DNA of 64,000 nt from the NCBI GenBank assembly GCA_965218435.1, contig CBDCKW010000009.1, positions 672,001-736,000 of the forward strand. Direction: 5' to 3'. The notes beneath the pieces are model-generated. The model had not been told where the DNA came from and did not search any database. It worked only from the letters and a program-made list of their open reading frames with translations. The position numbers and the translations under genes were made by a program. Below, one piece after another: positions 18,713 to 29,454 of the stretch (position 1 is the first letter of the stretch; every line of letters begins with the position of its first letter). This stretch comes from Truepera sp. (GTDB lineage: Bacteria > Deinococcota > Deinococci > Deinococcales > Trueperaceae).

Positions 18713-19448
18713 GGTTGTGCTGATTACCGGCGGGGGCCGGGGCATCGGCGCAGCGACCGCGCGGCTAGCGGCAGAGCAAGGTTACGCGGTGTGCGTCAAC
18801 TACCGGCAGCGGCAAGCGGCGGCTGGGGCGCTCGTCTCAGAGCTGCGAGCGGCTGGGGCAGAAGCTATCGCGGTTCAGGCAGACATTTCGGTTGAAAGGG
18901 AGGTAATCAAGCTCTTTACGGCGGTAGATGATTTTGGCACGCTCCGTGCGCTGGTTAATAACGCGGGCACGCTCGAGCAGCAGGGTCGGCTCGAGGACTT
19001 GGACTTAGCTCGGCTGACACGCGTGTTCTCGACCAACGTCTTCGGTGCGTTTTTGTGTGCGCGTGAGGCGGTGCGGCGTATGTCTTGGCGTCACGGCGGG
19101 GCGGGTGGGGCCATCGTCAACGTCTCGTCGCTCGCTGCGACGAGCGGGTCACCGGGCGAATACATTGACTACGCCGCCAGCAAAGGTGCACTCGACACCA
19201 TGACGCTCGGGCTCGCGCGTGAGGTCGCCGGGGAGGGCGTCCGGGTCAACGCGGTCAGGCCGGGGTTTATCCACACCGAGATTCACGCGCAGGGAGGCGA
19301 ACCGGGGAGGTTGGGGCGGCTCGCTCCCACGGTCCCGATGGGGCGCGGCGGCCAACCCGAAGAGGTCGCCCGCGCGGTTCTCTGGCTCCTCTCGGATCAA
19401 GCGTCGTGTATCACCGGCACGTTGTTAGATGTGGCCGGGGGCCGCTAA
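18705..19448 (+). CDS. SDR-family oxidoreductase
   Basis: TGGGRGIG, NNAG, YAASK and VNAVRPG. Confidence 0.93.
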   Translation: MRKVVLITGGGRGIGAATARLAAEQGYAVCVNYRQRQAAAGALVSELRAAGAEAIAVQADISVEREVIKLFTAVDDFGTLRALVNNAGTLEQQGRLEDLDLARLTRVFSTNVFGAFLCAREAVRRMSWRHGGAGGAIVNVSSLAATSGSPGEYIDYAASKGALDTMTLGLAREVAGEGVRVNAVRPGFIHTEIHAQGGEPGRLGRLAPTVPMGRGGQPEEVARAVLWLLSDQASCITGTLLDVAGGR

Positions 19449-19537
19449 GCTATGTTCTCGCCTTCGCAAAATGTCAAACCTTCAGTGATGTTCTAATCAG
19501 GTGTGCTCACGAAACCGCTGCCTAGCCGAAAAAAGCG

Positions 19538-20731
19538 TTATTTTGAAATGCTCTGCAGCACGGGCCGCAACCGCCCAGCCAGATAAAACGACCCCGTGAC
19601 GACGACTTGACCCCCCGGTTGGCAGCGGGCTAGTGCGGCCTCGAGCGCCGCTTCCGGGTCTTCTACAAAGGTTAGCCCTGCTCGCTGCAACGTGCTCGCC
19701 TCGCCCGGTACAGCGTTGGTCAGGATGATGTGCTCGGCGTAGGGTTCTAAAACGGCTAATGTCTCCCGGCCAAGTTTTTTGGGGAGCGCCCCAAAAAGCA
19801 GGACAAAGGGCGGGTGGGTGTGCTCGAGCAGCGCCACGGCTGCGTCCGGATTGTGCGCCCCGTCGAGCAAAACTTCTTTATCCCATATCTGAAACCGCTC
19901 GGCGCGTGCGGGCAGCGTCGCCCTAAGTCCCTGACAGATGGCCACCTCGGGAATATCTTGCAACCGGAGCGCCGCTGCAACCAACTGTTGATTGCTCCTG
20001 ACTGTCGGCGTCGTAGGCTCGAGACCCACAGGCAGACGAAAAAGCGGGCTCTGCGGCGTGCTAAAAAAGAGTGGACTGCGCCGCCGTGCGGCAACCTCGG
20101 TAATGACTTCTAACGCCTCACCGGTCGCGCCGGTCAAGGTCGGGATGCCGGGGCGAATCGCGTCGGCTTTATCCTCGGCCACTTCACGCAAACTCGGCCC
20201 GAGCGTGTCTAAATGGTCGCGCCCGACGTTGGTAATCACGACAGCTCGGACGTTCTCCAACACCCGCGTCGCGTCGTGTTTGGCTCCAACCCCCGCCTCG
20301 ATCACCCCCCACGCGACCCTTTCACGGGTGAAATACCCTAGCGCCAGCGCCAAAGTCAGCTCAAAAAAAGCTGGAGCCGGGTCGAGTTCAGGGAGCTTTT
20401 GGATAAACTCGAGGACTTCCGCCTCAGTTATCCAGCTGCCGTCAACCGTGATGCGTTCCCGAAACTCAGCGACGTGCGGTGAGATGAACTGTCCCGTTTT
20501 GAAACCCGAAGCGCGAAACCCGGCGGCTAACATCGCCGTCACGCTCCCCTTGCCGTTGGTGCCGACTACATGCACAACGTTGGGGGGTGAGCGTAACGCG
20601 AGCGTCTCTATAAACCGCTGCATCCGCGCGGCGTCACGCACCGCGCCGCCACGCGTCTGAGCAAAAAGCCACTCGAGCGCACGCGTATAGGTCAGATCGG
20701 AGCGGGGTCCTAACATGCAGTTTTGCAGCAT
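19538..20731 (-). CDS. folC: Folylpolyglutamate synthase / dihydrofolate synthase
   Basis: HVVGTNGKGSV, SPHV..FRERI, EAGVGA..DAT, LDGAHNP and VTGSFYL. Exact start uncertain. Confidence 0.92.
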   Translation of the reverse strand: MLQNCMLGPRSDLTYTRALEWLFAQTRGGAVRDAARMQRFIETLALRSPPNVVHVVGTNGKGSVTAMLAAGFRASGFKTGQFISPHVAEFRERITVDGSWITEAEVLEFIQKLPELDPAPAFFELTLALALGYFTRERVAWGVIEAGVGAKHDATRVLENVRAVVITNVGRDHLDTLGPSLREVAEDKADAIRPGIPTLTGATGEALEVITEVAARRRSPLFFSTPQSPLFRLPVGLEPTTPTVRSNQQLVAAALRLQDIPEVAICQGLRATLPARAERFQIWDKEVLLDGAHNPDAAVALLEHTHPPFVLLFGALPKKLGRETLAVLEPYAEHIILTNAVPGEASTLQRAGLTFVEDPEAALEAALARCQPGGQVVVTGSFYLAGRLRPVLQSISK

Positions 20732-20829
20732 AGCGTATTTGGCGGGGGTCCGTTGGGAGCGAGCCTCTGTAACAGCTCCCGCTGTCCTCGTTGCGTCTTA
20801 ACCAGTGGCGAATGGGTCACAATAGAAGC

Positions 20830-22131
20830 ATGATTCAAGCTGACCTAGCCCGCGCTTTAGTCGAAACGCACCCGCTCGAGGCGGCCCGCATCTTCGAGCG
20901 GCTCGAGCCGCGTGAAGTCGTTGACGAGTTATCAAACTTTGAGCTCGACCTGCGTGCTCCGGTGCTCGAGTGGTTCTCGCCGGATTTTGCTGCCCGCGTG
21001 TTGCAAGAGTTGTCCCCCGAAGAGGCCGCCCAACTGGTGCGTGAACTCCCTTCAGAAGATACCAACGACATCTTTGAATACCTGCCCGAACGTGAGCGGC
21101 AGGCGCTTTTGGAGCGGCTCCCGAGTGCCCACGCCGAAGAGCTCGAAGAACTCGCCGAGTACGCAGAAGACACGGCGGGCAGCATTATGTCGCGTGATTA
21201 CGTCGCTCTCCGCGAAGGGGCCATCGTTGCCGACGCGCTGACCCGCCTGCGCCGCCTCGCTATCGTCGGCCGTGATGTGAACTACGTTTACGTGGTAGAT
21301 GAGGCGAGGGTTCTCAAAGGCGTGCTTCTGATGCGCGACCTCGTGCTCAACTTGCCTCTGACGCCGCTCGCTCAAGTGATGGTCACCGACGTGCTGCACG
21401 TCTACGCAGAAGACCCGCTCGACGAGGTGCGAGACGCGCTTTTAGAGCGCAACTTGCTCTCAGTTCCGGTCATTGACGAGCACGAGCGGTTACGCGGCGT
21501 GATCTTAGCTACGCAGCTCGTCAGCGAGCTGCAAGAAGAGGGCTTCGAGGACGCGCAAAAGATGTTCGGAGCCGGATCGGACGAGCACGCGTCATCATCG
21601 GCAAGGTTTTCAATTCGCAAACGGTTGCCGTGGATGCAGGTCAATCTGCTCACCGCATTTTTAGCGGCGGCAGTTGTCGGCGCGTTCGACGGCATCATCG
21701 CGCAGATTACGATTTTGGCGGCTTTTCTGCCGGTCGTCGCCGGTCAGGGGGGCAATGCGGGCGCACAAGCTCAAGCCGTCATGCTCCGCTCGCTCGCCCT
21801 GGAAGACGTAGACATCGGGCGTTCGCGCAAGGTGCTCTTAAAAGAAGGGATCGTAGGCGCAGTCAACGGCGCGGCAACCGGTGTCGTGGCCGGGGCCGCC
21901 GCATCGCTCTTTAGCGGCAACGTTGCGCTCGGGGTCGTCGTTGCCGCTGCGATGACCGTCAATCTGCTCGTGGCGGGCGTGGCCGGGGCCGGAATCCCCC
22001 TCATCATGGAGCGGCTCGGGCAGGACCCGGCGCAGTCGTCGAACATCATCTTGACAACTGTGACCGACGTGCTGGGGTTTGCGTCGTTTTTGGGGTTTGC
22101 GGTGTTGGCGCGGCCTTGGTTACTGAACTGA
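20830..22131 (+). CDS. mgtE: Magnesium transporter MgtE
   Basis: N-domain, CBS pair (TAGSIM, YVYVVD), RLPW, GGNAGAQ, DPA..S..LTTVTDV.GF. Confidence 0.93.
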   Translation: MIQADLARALVETHPLEAARIFERLEPREVVDELSNFELDLRAPVLEWFSPDFAARVLQELSPEEAAQLVRELPSEDTNDIFEYLPERERQALLERLPSAHAEELEELAEYAEDTAGSIMSRDYVALREGAIVADALTRLRRLAIVGRDVNYVYVVDEARVLKGVLLMRDLVLNLPLTPLAQVMVTDVLHVYAEDPLDEVRDALLERNLLSVPVIDEHERLRGVILATQLVSELQEEGFEDAQKMFGAGSDEHASSSARFSIRKRLPWMQVNLLTAFLAAAVVGAFDGIIAQITILAAFLPVVAGQGGNAGAQAQAVMLRSLALEDVDIGRSRKVLLKEGIVGAVNGAATGVVAGAAASLFSGNVALGVVVAAAMTVNLLVAGVAGAGIPLIMERLGQDPAQSSNIILTTVTDVLGFASFLGFAVLARPWLLN

Positions 22132-22157
22132 GTTTTCGGGGCTCGAGCATAATAAAG

Positions 22158-22181
22158 GGCGAGAAGTTGCAGCTTCTCGCC
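22158..22181. terminator. Hairpin between convergent genes, probable terminator
   Basis: GGCGAGAAG-ttgcag-CTTCTCGCC. Confidence 0.65.
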
Positions 22182-22213
22182 TTACGGCTTTTAGTTAGAC
22201 AGTACGCTTTTAT

Positions 22214-23437
22214 TTAGCGCACCCAAACTTGCCTACCTTCACCGTTCAAACGTATGAGAAAGGCGTCAAGGTAGCCACCATTATAACCAGCACCCAAATT
22301 ATGCTTCGTCTCACCTGTGATATATAACTCATCAGCTTGGCGCACGACCACATCGTTTATTCTTGATTCGTCACCTCCTTTTCTAAGGTCTCCAGCAAAC
22401 ATAGTTTGGCTGAGCAGGCGACCTGAGGGTGCGTACTTACGCAAAATGAGTGATTTCACACCGTAGAAGCCCGCAACGACATAGATATTGTGCTTGCTAT
22501 CTACGTCAATCGAGATACCGTAATCAGGCTTTTTAGTTCCAAAAGATCTGTTCCAGACCCGCTTACCATCGAGTCCGTATTCAGTGACGGTTACATCAGA
22601 TTCTTCTTCGGATGCATACTCGTTATCTTGTAAAACCCAAGTTTTAAGGCCGAGCAGTACAAGTGCATCTCGGTCAATAACCATGTCTTGGACCTCAACA
22701 CTGTCAGCTGTGCCTTTAGGCATAAGCCGTGTCCAGATAAGTTCACCTGACGGATCGAACTTATAGATGGTGTCGGAAACGTATTGGGTTCCGCCACTTC
22801 CAACTGTATAAAGGTTGCCTCCCGTATCTGTAACTGAAGGGCCAGAAAAACTTTTGTCAGGTAGCTGTCTGGCCCACATCAAGCCGCCGTTTTGGTCGTA
22901 CTTACGAACGAGGCTTCTAAAATTGCTATTTTGCCCTATAACGTAAAACTCACCGGTCGGAGTAGCGTTGATGCTGAAGACTATACGAACCCCATCTAAA
23001 GAGCGACGCCACAGCTCTTGACCTGCCGCTGTATATTTGAACAGTTCGCTCGTACCATCACCGCTACCACTGCTTGTAGCTAAAGCTACAATAACGTTCC
23101 CACCAAAATCTTCCGTAAACTCAGTTAAAGACTCACTGTTTGTGGCGTTGAATAGCTTTTTCCAAACTAATGTACCGGCTGATGTATAGCGGCGCAGAAA
23201 CGCGTGCGCGTTAATCCTACGAAGTCCGTAGTCTTCATATTCGTCTATGCTACCCATCACATAGACAGCACCAGCCTGTTTACTTACAAGAACCTGTTCC
23301 CCTATATCGGCATTGCTTTTGCCAAACTGCGGCGCAAGCGTCTCAGGCTGAGCCTGCGGTGTAGGTAGCTGACTACAAGCTGCCACTAAAAGTGTAAAAG
23401 CTGACGCAACCAACAAACGTAAACGGACGTGTTTCAT
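22214..23437 (-). CDS. Beta-propeller (SBBP-like repeat) lipoprotein
   Basis: Lipobox VAAC. Repeated (R/K)Y...G...W blades, VDSKHNIYV and DAFLIRL. AT-richer than neighbours. Confidence 0.75.
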   Translation of the reverse strand: MKHVRLRLLVASAFTLLVAACSQLPTPQAQPETLAPQFGKSNADIGEQVLVSKQAGAVYVMGSIDEYEDYGLRRINAHAFLRRYTSAGTLVWKKLFNATNSESLTEFTEDFGGNVIVALATSSGSGDGTSELFKYTAAGQELWRRSLDGVRIVFSINATPTGEFYVIGQNSNFRSLVRKYDQNGGLMWARQLPDKSFSGPSVTDTGGNLYTVGSGGTQYVSDTIYKFDPSGELIWTRLMPKGTADSVEVQDMVIDRDALVLLGLKTWVLQDNEYASEEESDVTVTEYGLDGKRVWNRSFGTKKPDYGISIDVDSKHNIYVVAGFYGVKSLILRKYAPSGRLLSQTMFAGDLRKGGDESRINDVVVRQADELYITGETKHNLGAGYNGGYLDAFLIRLNGEGRQVWVR

Positions 23438-23580
23438 ACGGTTCTCCCCTGATTAAATTGTTTTACAAGGGTTAATTTAGTCGCCTTACCTTAAGCTCAC
23501 CTGAGTATCATCTCTTCATTTTCTTCATAAAAATCTTAGGCTTTTATGCGTTGGTTAAACTTTTTCGCTAAGCTGAACTT

Positions 23581-24387
23581 ATGAATACAGCGACTTACTT
23601 GAAGCGTATTGGGTACACAGGAAGTCATAAGCCTACTTTTGAAACCCTTAAAGACTTGCACCGGGCGCACCTGTCTTCTATCCCTTACGAAAACCTCGGT
23701 ATTCATCTGGGACAGCCGCTTACGCTCGAGCTCCCCCAAATTTTTGACAAGCTCGTCACCCAAAAGCGCGGTGGCTGGTGCTTTGAGATGAATGGGCTCT
23801 TTGCCTGGGCGCTCCGCGAGCTGGGCTTTGACGTAACGCTTCTAGGCGCGGTGGTCAACCGGACTCAGCTCGACGGTGCGGCGCGGGGTCATCTGGCGCT
23901 ACGGGTCGAGCTCGAGCAGCCTTACCTTTGCGACGTAGGGTTCGGCGATGGGTTACTTGGGCCTATCCCCCTAACAGTCGGGCACTATCAGCAGGGATTT
24001 TTGGATTATGAACTTACACGTTCTGGAGCAAACTGGTACCTGCGCAACCAACCTTACGGCGCGGCGTCGGGCTTTTGTTTTGATTTAACGCCGTACCAAC
24101 TGGGGGATTTCGCCGAGGTATGCCACGCGCTGCAAACCTCACCCGAGTCGGGGTTCGTCCGGGTCACGGTTTGTACGCGGTTTAACGCCAACGGGTACGC
24201 CGCGCTCCGTGGAGCAACGCTGCGCACGGTGACGGCGGCAGGTGCAAATGAGCGAGTGCTGGAAAACGCCGCTGACTTCGGTACTGTGCTAAAGCGTAGG
24301 TTTGGCCTCGAGCACCCCGACCTTGCCGCCCTCTGGCCCGGTATTTGGGAGAGCCATCTGGCGTGGGTTGCGGCCACTCAAAGTTGA
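23581..24387 (+). CDS. Arylamine N-acetyltransferase
   Basis: YL.RIG, IPYENL, RGGWCFEMN (catalytic Cys), HLAL and DVGFG. Confidence 0.93.
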   Translation: MNTATYLKRIGYTGSHKPTFETLKDLHRAHLSSIPYENLGIHLGQPLTLELPQIFDKLVTQKRGGWCFEMNGLFAWALRELGFDVTLLGAVVNRTQLDGAARGHLALRVELEQPYLCDVGFGDGLLGPIPLTVGHYQQGFLDYELTRSGANWYLRNQPYGAASGFCFDLTPYQLGDFAEVCHALQTSPESGFVRVTVCTRFNANGYAALRGATLRTVTAAGANERVLENAADFGTVLKRRFGLEHPDLAALWPGIWESHLAWVAATQS

Positions 24388-24392
24388 TCCCG

Positions 24393-24809
24393 CTAGGTTA
24401 AAGTTTTGAGCGCCCCGAGCCCGAGCGTCACGTACCTGCTGCTAGGTAGGGTCTCGAGCTCTCCCTGACCAAACCAACCATAAGATTCATGCTCACGGCT
24501 GAGCGTGATGGTTGCAGAGGCGGAGCGGCAGGTATAGATAATGTGGAGAACGTAAACGTTTTCTTCCGCGTCAAACAAACTGCTGACTTTAAGCGGGGTG
24601 AACTGCTCGAGTTTTAACCCGGTTTCTTCAAAAACCTCTCTTGTCAGTGCCACCTCGTGAAGCTCGCCCCATTCGACATTGCCTCCCGGAAAATCCCAGT
24701 CGCCGGGTCTAAAGCTATCGTCGGTGCTTCGTTTGAGAAGCAGAACTTTAGGACTGTCGGGATGAAAAATGGCGACCTTTTGCAAAAATCTGATGGCTTC
24801 GGTGAACAT
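24393..24809 (-). CDS. NUDIX hydrolase
   Basis: Nudix box PGGNVEWGE....ALTREVFEETG. Confidence 0.9.
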   Translation of the reverse strand: MFTEAIRFLQKVAIFHPDSPKVLLLKRSTDDSFRPGDWDFPGGNVEWGELHEVALTREVFEETGLKLEQFTPLKVSSLFDAEENVYVLHIIYTCRSASATITLSREHESYGWFGQGELETLPSSRYVTLGLGALKTLT

Positions 24810-24815
24810 CCTTTA

Positions 24816-25508
24816 CTACGGGGCGTGTCGCCGTCTGCGCCCGCCCCGCCTGCGCCGTTTTCCAGAACGTTCTTTCGCCGGTTCTTTGGTGGCGCTCAGC
24901 GTGCCGTCTTCTTGGACCGTCCGCACTAAAAACGCCTCGACGTGGCCGTATTGGGTCGGTTGCAGCAGCCGCACGAGCGCGTGCGGCGGTTCTGCGTCTA
25001 CATAGACGTACGCGGGACCGGGGCGGAGCACGTAGCCGTAGGTGAGGCGTTCCCCTTGGGCGGTCTCGAGCGGCCATTCGCCCAAACTCTCGACCAGTAC
25101 ATCTTTGCCGAGCAGCGGCACACGCTTTTTCAGCGCCGAGCCGTGCGCGAGTCCCCGGATGATGTGAAGCAGCCCGAGCGGGTCGCTGTAGGGGCGCAGA
25201 TAAGGAACTTCGGTGCGCCCAAGCTGCGTGCCAAGCTGCCGCGTTGCTTGAACCACCCCGCTGCGTGCGTCGAAGGTGACCTCAAAGGTATGTTTTTCCC
25301 CACCCGTGTCGGTTTCACTAAAATATAAGCTTTCGCCGCTCGCACTTAAAATACGGCTCGTCTGCTCTAAGCTGTGCGAGCCGAGTGCGCCTTGAAACAG
25401 GGCGCGGCTCTCGAGCGTCGTGACCCGCGGCGTCACCGACGTTTTAAGCACTTGTGATCCGACGGCTTTGGCACCGAGTGAGAGAGCGTAAGAGAGCGTT
25501 TCAACCAT
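24816..25508 (-). CDS. Hypothetical protein with Arg-rich C-terminal tail
   Basis: 230-aa ORF co-oriented with neighbours, beta-rich, ending RSGKRRRRGGRRRRHAP. TAAGCT lies 5 nt before ATG. Confidence 0.7.
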   Translation of the reverse strand: MVETLSYALSLGAKAVGSQVLKTSVTPRVTTLESRALFQGALGSHSLEQTSRILSASGESLYFSETDTGGEKHTFEVTFDARSGVVQATRQLGTQLGRTEVPYLRPYSDPLGLLHIIRGLAHGSALKKRVPLLGKDVLVESLGEWPLETAQGERLTYGYVLRPGPAYVYVDAEPPHALVRLLQPTQYGHVEAFLVRTVQEDGTLSATKEPAKERSGKRRRRGGRRRRHAP

Positions 25509-25563
25509 GCCTCAGCTTACCTTGCTCTGTTAGGGACGCTGTAGCTAAAGCACTGTGTTAAAA

Positions 25564-26373
25564 CTAGAGCTCTGCGCTAAAAAATGTACCGTGCAGCTCG
25601 AGCTTGACTTTACCTTCCAAGCGCACCACCGTCAGGTAAGCGTACTCGTCCCCGACGCCGTTCATGTCTAAGAGCAGCGCCCGCCCCTGCGAGACAAAAT
25701 GGACGCCGCCCCGGACCGGCGTGTGCCCGTAAACGCCGAAGCGGTAGGGCGTCTCAGCCAGCACGTCGCGCGGTTCTAAAATCCAGTCGCGGCGGTTTTC
25801 TAAATAAAAGCTTGCGTCGTAGCGGTTGTGTTCAGGTTTCGGCCCGACGTGGGCGAAGTGTAGGCCACGGAAGTGCAGCCCGTCTACGACCAGCTCGCGC
25901 GGCCACGTTGCCAGCCACGCCGCTAAGTCAGCAGGAAGTGACCGACCGGGCGCACGCCATTCGTAGTGGGGCAGTGTATCGGTTTGTAACACGCCCTCGC
26001 CTGCGTTAAGCGCGTTGTGGTCGTGATTGCCGAGTAAAATCGTGACGTTTCCGGGAGCGCGGTCACAAAACGTTTTGACCTCACGTAAAAACGCCTCTTG
26101 TGCGGTTTCGGCTTTGACAACGTCCGCTGGGTGATGCTCGTCGAAGGTGCGCTGACCGATCAGAGCGGCGTAACTCGCACGCGTTTTGGCGTGAACGAGG
26201 TCGCCGAGTAAGATAAGGTGCGTTTCGCCCTTGGTTAGTTCAGCAGAGGGTTGCTGATCCTCAGCGAGCAGACCGGCTTCGCGTAAAATACGCCAGAACT
26301 TATCAGCTTGGGCGTGAATATCGCCGACGACGACGAGCTTGTCGGCGGTAAGCTGACGAGCTTCGGGCGTCAC
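25564..26373 (-). CDS. Calcineurin-like metallophosphoesterase
   Basis: GDIH, LLGDLV, LGNHD, FAHVG and YGHTP. GTGA overlap with the recQ stop. Confidence 0.88.
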   Translation of the reverse strand: MTPEARQLTADKLVVVGDIHAQADKFWRILREAGLLAEDQQPSAELTKGETHLILLGDLVHAKTRASYAALIGQRTFDEHHPADVVKAETAQEAFLREVKTFCDRAPGNVTILLGNHDHNALNAGEGVLQTDTLPHYEWRAPGRSLPADLAAWLATWPRELVVDGLHFRGLHFAHVGPKPEHNRYDASFYLENRRDWILEPRDVLAETPYRFGVYGHTPVRGGVHFVSQGRALLLDMNGVGDEYAYLTVVRLEGKVKLELHGTFFSAEL

Positions 26374-28013
26374 GTGGTTGCGGCTTCCAAAGCTGTGACA
26401 CCTTTTTGCGAAAGGGTGTAGCGGCGGCCCCGCAGCCCCCGCCTCAGCCCCAAATACCCGCGCCTCAAAAACCAGTCGGCACGTTCGCCTGCCTCGGTCT
26501 GCCGCCGGGGTCGCCGGAACTGCGCTAGAGTCTCGAGCCCTGTCCGGGTTAGATACGGTTCGGGTTGGCAAACGTCGCAACCGCACACGCCTGTACTCGC
26601 CAGGTCACCAAAGTAACCGAGCAGCGTTTTACGGCGGCAGCTGTTCAGTTCGGCGTAACGGATCATCTCCTGGAGAAGTCGGCTGCGCCGCTCGTTGTAA
26701 CGCGTCGTCCAGGCACTTTGAAAGTCAGGTGCTGACCGGGTAAAAGGCAGCGTCAACGTAAGCGTGATTCGGTTCTCACGGCTGAGGCTGACGATTTCCT
26801 GCTCTTCTAACAGCTGCACCGTGCCGATCAGCTTACCCCGGTTGAGGCCGAACCACTCCGCCAATTTTTTTACGGCGACCCCTTCAGGGTGCGTGTTGCG
26901 GAGCCCGACGTAAACCCTTTTGAGCTCGAGTAAGGTGGGGCTCGAGGCGCGCATTAGCCCCTCTTGCCGTTCGCTGTCCCCCGGCGCGTAGAGGAGCGTA
27001 CAGGTCGCCCGCTGCCCGCCACGGCCCGCACGTCCGGCTTCTTGGTAGTACGCCTCGAGCGACGCGGGCAATTCTAAATGAATCACTTGATCTACGTCCG
27101 CTTTGTCAACGCCCATCCCAAAGGCGTTGGTCGCTACGATCACACGCACACGGCCCGCTAAAAAATCGTCTTGCACGGCGTTTCGGGTCGCCGCGCCGAG
27201 TCCGGCGTGATAGGCCGCACTGTTTATGCCCCATTCTAAAAGCTGCCGAACGGTCGTTTCGGTACGTTCACGGGTACCAGCGTAAATGAGGCACGGACCG
27301 GGAGTACGCACGAGCAGCGTCTGAAGCGCCTCGTTACGCGCAGTTTCGTCCGGTACCGGCCACACCCGGTAGCGTAAATTAGGCCGATCAAACCCGGTCA
27401 GCACCCGTACCGGACCCCGCAGCCTCAGTAGCTGCACGATATCTTCTTGCACGGCGGCCGTCGCAGTCGCGGTGAGTGCCGTCACCGGGGGATTGCCGAG
27501 CAGCTCACGGACGCGCCCGAGTTGCCGGTAGTCGGGGCGAAAATCGTGGCCCCAGCTCGAGATACAGTGCGCTTCGTCTACCACTAAGCGAGCGACTCCG
27601 GCGCGGCAGAGCGCGTGCTGCACCCCTTTATTCCCCAAGCGTTCGGGGGCGAGGTAGAGGAGACGTAAGTCGCCGAGCTGCGCTAAAAGTCGCGTTTGTT
27701 CAGGGTACGTGAGTTGACTGCTCAGCGCCGCCGCCCTGACGCCGCGCCTTAGCAGCGTCTCAACCTGGTCTTTCATCAGGGCGATCAAGGGGCTGACCAC
27801 AACCGTCAGACCGTCCGCCCTTAATGCCGGCAGCTGATAACAGAGCGATTTGCCTGCGCCGGTCGGCATCACCGCCAAAACGTCGCGCCCGCTCAGCACC
27901 GCTTGGATAATTTCTTCCTGACCAGGACGAAACGCGCTCACCCCAAAACGCTTGAGCAGCGTTTCGGCGTCAGGCTGATGGGATGTTTGTGCGGCTTTTG
28001 GCGGCGTCGGCAC
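26370..28013 (-). CDS. recQ: RecQ-family ATP-dependent DNA helicase (no HRDC domain)
   Basis: MPTGAGKSLCYQ, DEAHCISSWGHDFRP, ATNAFGMGVDK, YYQEAGRAGR and Zn motif CRR...CGCDVC. Confidence 0.92.
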   Translation of the reverse strand: MPTPPKAAQTSHQPDAETLLKRFGVSAFRPGQEEIIQAVLSGRDVLAVMPTGAGKSLCYQLPALRADGLTVVVSPLIALMKDQVETLLRRGVRAAALSSQLTYPEQTRLLAQLGDLRLLYLAPERLGNKGVQHALCRAGVARLVVDEAHCISSWGHDFRPDYRQLGRVRELLGNPPVTALTATATAAVQEDIVQLLRLRGPVRVLTGFDRPNLRYRVWPVPDETARNEALQTLLVRTPGPCLIYAGTRERTETTVRQLLEWGINSAAYHAGLGAATRNAVQDDFLAGRVRVIVATNAFGMGVDKADVDQVIHLELPASLEAYYQEAGRAGRGGQRATCTLLYAPGDSERQEGLMRASSPTLLELKRVYVGLRNTHPEGVAVKKLAEWFGLNRGKLIGTVQLLEEQEIVSLSRENRITLTLTLPFTRSAPDFQSAWTTRYNERRSRLLQEMIRYAELNSCRRKTLLGYFGDLASTGVCGCDVCQPEPYLTRTGLETLAQFRRPRRQTEAGERADWFLRRGYLGLRRGLRGRRYTLSQKGVTALEAATT

Positions 28014-28102
28014 GGTTTAGTTTAGCAGTCCCTTAGCGGGTGACCCCAAGCGGTTACCTCACGTTTGGGCATGATTGAGCCGGCTCCAACAACCTGCTGG
28101 GT

Positions 28103-29218
28103 CTAAGGTAATGAGGCGGTGCGCTCGAGGTACGGCAGCGGGTCAACGGCCTGACCATTGATCCGGATTTCAAAGTGCAGGTGTGAACCCGTCGAGCGGC
28201 CCGTCGAACCGACTTTAGCGATCACGTCACCCGCCGCAACCTGCTGACCTACCTGGGTAAGGAGTTCCGAAGCGTGACCGTAGTAGTATTCAACTCCGCC
28301 CGACTCGATCACCGTCAGGTAGCCGTAGCCGCCCTGCCACCCGCTATAGGTCACGGTACCGGGCATCGCGGCAATGATCGGGTCGCCGGTCTCGCCGTCA
28401 ATATCTATCCCGTAATGGTAGGTCATCCCGAGGAGGGCCCTAGGGCCAAAATATGAGGTGATTTCACCGTTAAGTGGCCAGATAATGTGCGTCGTAGCGG
28501 CGCGGCTCGAGGCCGGGGGCAGCCTGAGCGTCGCACCGGCACTCAGCGTATCGCCGTCTAACCCGTTCAGCTCTTTGAGCGCCTCGACGCTCGTGCCGTG
28601 CCGTAAGGCGATAGCGGAGAGCGAATCACCTGACTCGATAGTGATGCTCGGCTCTGCGCCACCCCCTAAGTCACCCGGTGCGGCGTCGGCTTGTACACTG
28701 GGGATCGTCAGGGTTTCACCGACGGTCAGCAGCTCATCTGAGCGTAGGCCGTTCGCGCTGCTGAGCGCCCCGACCGGGACGCCGTAACGCTGTGACAGAG
28801 ACCAGAGCGAATCGCCGGGTTCGACGGTCACGTTAAGTGGTACTGCCGGGGTTGTGGGGGTCGGGCCGCCTAACACCAGCTTTTGTCCGATCACGAGCGT
28901 TGTATCCGAGAGGCTGTTAAGCGCCATCAGCTCTTCGACTGGAACTCCCGTTTCCTGGGCGATGGCTGAGAGCGTATCGCCGGGCTCGACCGTATAGGTG
29001 TCGCCTTTAGGAATAATCAGCGTGGCACCTGCTAACAGATCGGTGCCGGTCAGCATATTCGCCGCTAAAATTGCCTCGACGGTAGTGCCGTAGCGACTAG
29101 CTACAGCGGTCAGGGTGTCACCCGGCTCGACTGTATAGGTCTCTTGGGCGGCGGCTAAAGGCAGAGTCAGCAGCAGTACCGCCGAGATAGCAGAAACAAA
29201 GACGCGTGACCAAGACAT
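28103..29218 (-). CDS. Secreted 4xLysM + M23 peptidase
   Basis: Signal peptide. Four Y/VTV..GD(T/S)L LysM repeats. HYGIDI, YGH and HLHFE. Confidence 0.92.
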   Translation of the reverse strand: MSWSRVFVSAISAVLLLTLPLAAAQETYTVEPGDTLTAVASRYGTTVEAILAANMLTGTDLLAGATLIIPKGDTYTVEPGDTLSAIAQETGVPVEELMALNSLSDTTLVIGQKLVLGGPTPTTPAVPLNVTVEPGDSLWSLSQRYGVPVGALSSANGLRSDELLTVGETLTIPSVQADAAPGDLGGGAEPSITIESGDSLSAIALRHGTSVEALKELNGLDGDTLSAGATLRLPPASSRAATTHIIWPLNGEITSYFGPRALLGMTYHYGIDIDGETGDPIIAAMPGTVTYSGWQGGYGYLTVIESGGVEYYYGHASELLTQVGQQVAAGDVIAKVGSTGRSTGSHLHFEIRINGQAVDPLPYLERTASLP

Positions 29219-29454
29219 CGGGAGCAGTGTAACAGAAATGTTTAGCGCGTGTGAAGACACTTACACCTCGTACTCACATGACTTATGCACTGTGAAGCTG
29301 CTCGAGTCGTTCCAAAGCCCGTGCTGAACGCCGCAGACGCGGTTTTAGGTACCCCGGAGCTCCTAAAATCAGCTCAGTTGAAACCCAATACGGCCAGCGT
29401 TCTTGGCGATATGCCACAAACTTAGAAGCTGTGACGCGTTTCGTTCTCTGTCTT